Below are positions 33,255-34,380 of a DNA stretch of 34,380 bases, piece after piece. The stretch's first letter is position 1, and each line of letters begins with the position of its first letter. Source of the stretch: Octopus bimaculoides (lineage: Eukaryota); the NCBI RefSeq assembly GCF_001194135.2, contig NC_068985.1, positions 4,567,709 through 4,602,088 of the forward strand, written 5' to 3'. The notes under the pieces are model-generated. The model was not told the DNA's origin and searched no databases. It was given only the letters and a program-made list of their open reading frames with translations. The position numbers were made by a program, and so were the translations under genes.

Positions 33255-33520
33255 GGGACAGCTCCGATGCTGGCGCCACGTATGGAGACACCTGTTCCAG
33301 CACCACATTTGAGAACCGTGCCAGCACCACATAAAAAGCACCTGTGCTGGTGCCACATAAAAAACACTCAGTACCTCCTGTGGAGTGGTTGGCATTAAGA
33401 AGGGCATCCAGTCATAAAAACTATGGCAAAACAGATGACTGGAGACTGGGGCAATCCTCCACTTTGCCAGCTCTTGTCAAACTCTCCAACCCATGCCAGC
33501 ATAGAAAACAGACGTGAAAC
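33255..33520 (+). mobile_element. Family B-related repeat
   Basis: gtggttggcattaagaagggcatccag..ccaacccatgccagcatagaaaacagacgt. Confidence 0.75.
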
Positions 33521-33565
33521 AAGAGAAACTTTACTCTTTTTTGTAAATCTGTATCCACTATCCTA

Positions 33566-33795
33566 TTAACCCTTTCATTACTGTATTTCTGTTGAGATGC
33601 TCTGTGTTTCTTTCAATTAATCTTAAATATAACCAAGAATTTAGTAAAATAACTTAGTTACCAATTCAACTAGTGTGAGGAACATAAATTGTGACTAAGG
33701 TTTGGTGAAAGATTTGAATTCAAAACTTTTGAAAACAAGACATTTGTACTCAGAGCCAAAGCTGGTTTCAACCGAGTTGGTAATGAGAGGTTAGG
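33566..33795. mobile_element. MITE with TTAACCCTTT-type ends (piggyBac-like termini)
   Basis: ttaaccctttcattac at the left and gtaatgagaggttag at the right form an imperfect inverted repeat. Confidence 0.5.
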
Positions 33796-34031
33796 CCAGC
33801 TGTATCCAGCCCAAATATTTCTCATTCTATGTTCAAACTGGCCAGATCTGACTTCTCACACCTACCCTACAATGTCATTCTAAAAATAAATAATTAAATC
33901 ATTGAAGCTATGGGGTAATGCTTGATTAATTCTAAACAATTTGAATAAATAAGCAGAACTTTTGAGAGAGGAATCTGAATGCTAAAAAGCTTGAACAGTA
34001 ATGTGATAATTGACTAATTATTTATTATCAA

Positions 34032-34380
34032 ATCATCATCATCATCATCATCGTTTAACGTCCGCTTTCCATGCTAGCATGGGTTGGACGATTTGACTGA
34101 GGACTGGTGAAACCGGATGGCAACACCAGGCTCCAGTCTGATTTGGCAGAGTTTCTACAGCTGGATGCCCTTCCTAACGCCAACCACTCAAAGAGTGTAG
34201 TGGGTGCTTTTACGTGTCACCCGCACGAAAACGGCCACGCTCGAAATGGTGTCTTTTATGTGCCACCCGCACAAGCCAGTCCAGGGGCACTGGCAACGAT
34301 CTCGCTCGAAAATCCTACAGGAGCCAGTCAGGCGGTACTGGCAACGGCCACGCTCAAAATGGTGCATCTCATGTGCCACC
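34032..34380 (-). mobile_element. Family B tail repeat, runs off the window
   Basis: (CAT)n followed by cgtttaacgtccgctttccatgctagcatgggttggacg; very similar to the 10806 copy. Confidence 0.88.

Noticed and set aside
34200-34380. Internal sub-repeats (ggcaacggccacgctcaaaatggtg...gtgccacc)
   Set aside because: Also present in the 10985-11135 copy, so an intrinsic part of family B rather than a locus-specific feature.

Overview
AT-rich, repeat-dense animal genomic DNA; the repeat families and microsatellites suggest an octopus/coleoid cephalopod (inference). Two convergent spliced genes are present. (1) On +, a 9-exon CDS (4016..20797, 2787 nt including stop, about 928 aa if no exon is hidden in the 9.35-kb intron or the N gap) encodes a long disordered N-terminus, a helical domain and a C-terminal RING-H2 of the DZIP3/TTC3 family. 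(2) On -, the last two coding exons of SCYL2 (25090..25236 and 23878..24645); the rest of that gene appears to lie beyond 34380. Introns hold two mariner relics, a Helitron helicase fragment, an RTE LINE fragment, MITEs and many tRNA-derived SINEs. The most striking signal is in the SCYL2 intron at 28.8-29.9 kb: a 460-bp near-perfect palindrome whose arms each carry a minimal hammerhead-ribozyme motif with a palindromic helix III, and about 210 bp further on a second inverted-repeat element joining a tRNA-like head, an (AAT)n linker and another minimal hammerhead motif. Both look like non-autonomous Penelope-like or retrozyme-like retroelements. Repeat boundaries are approximate and family names were recalled, not searched.
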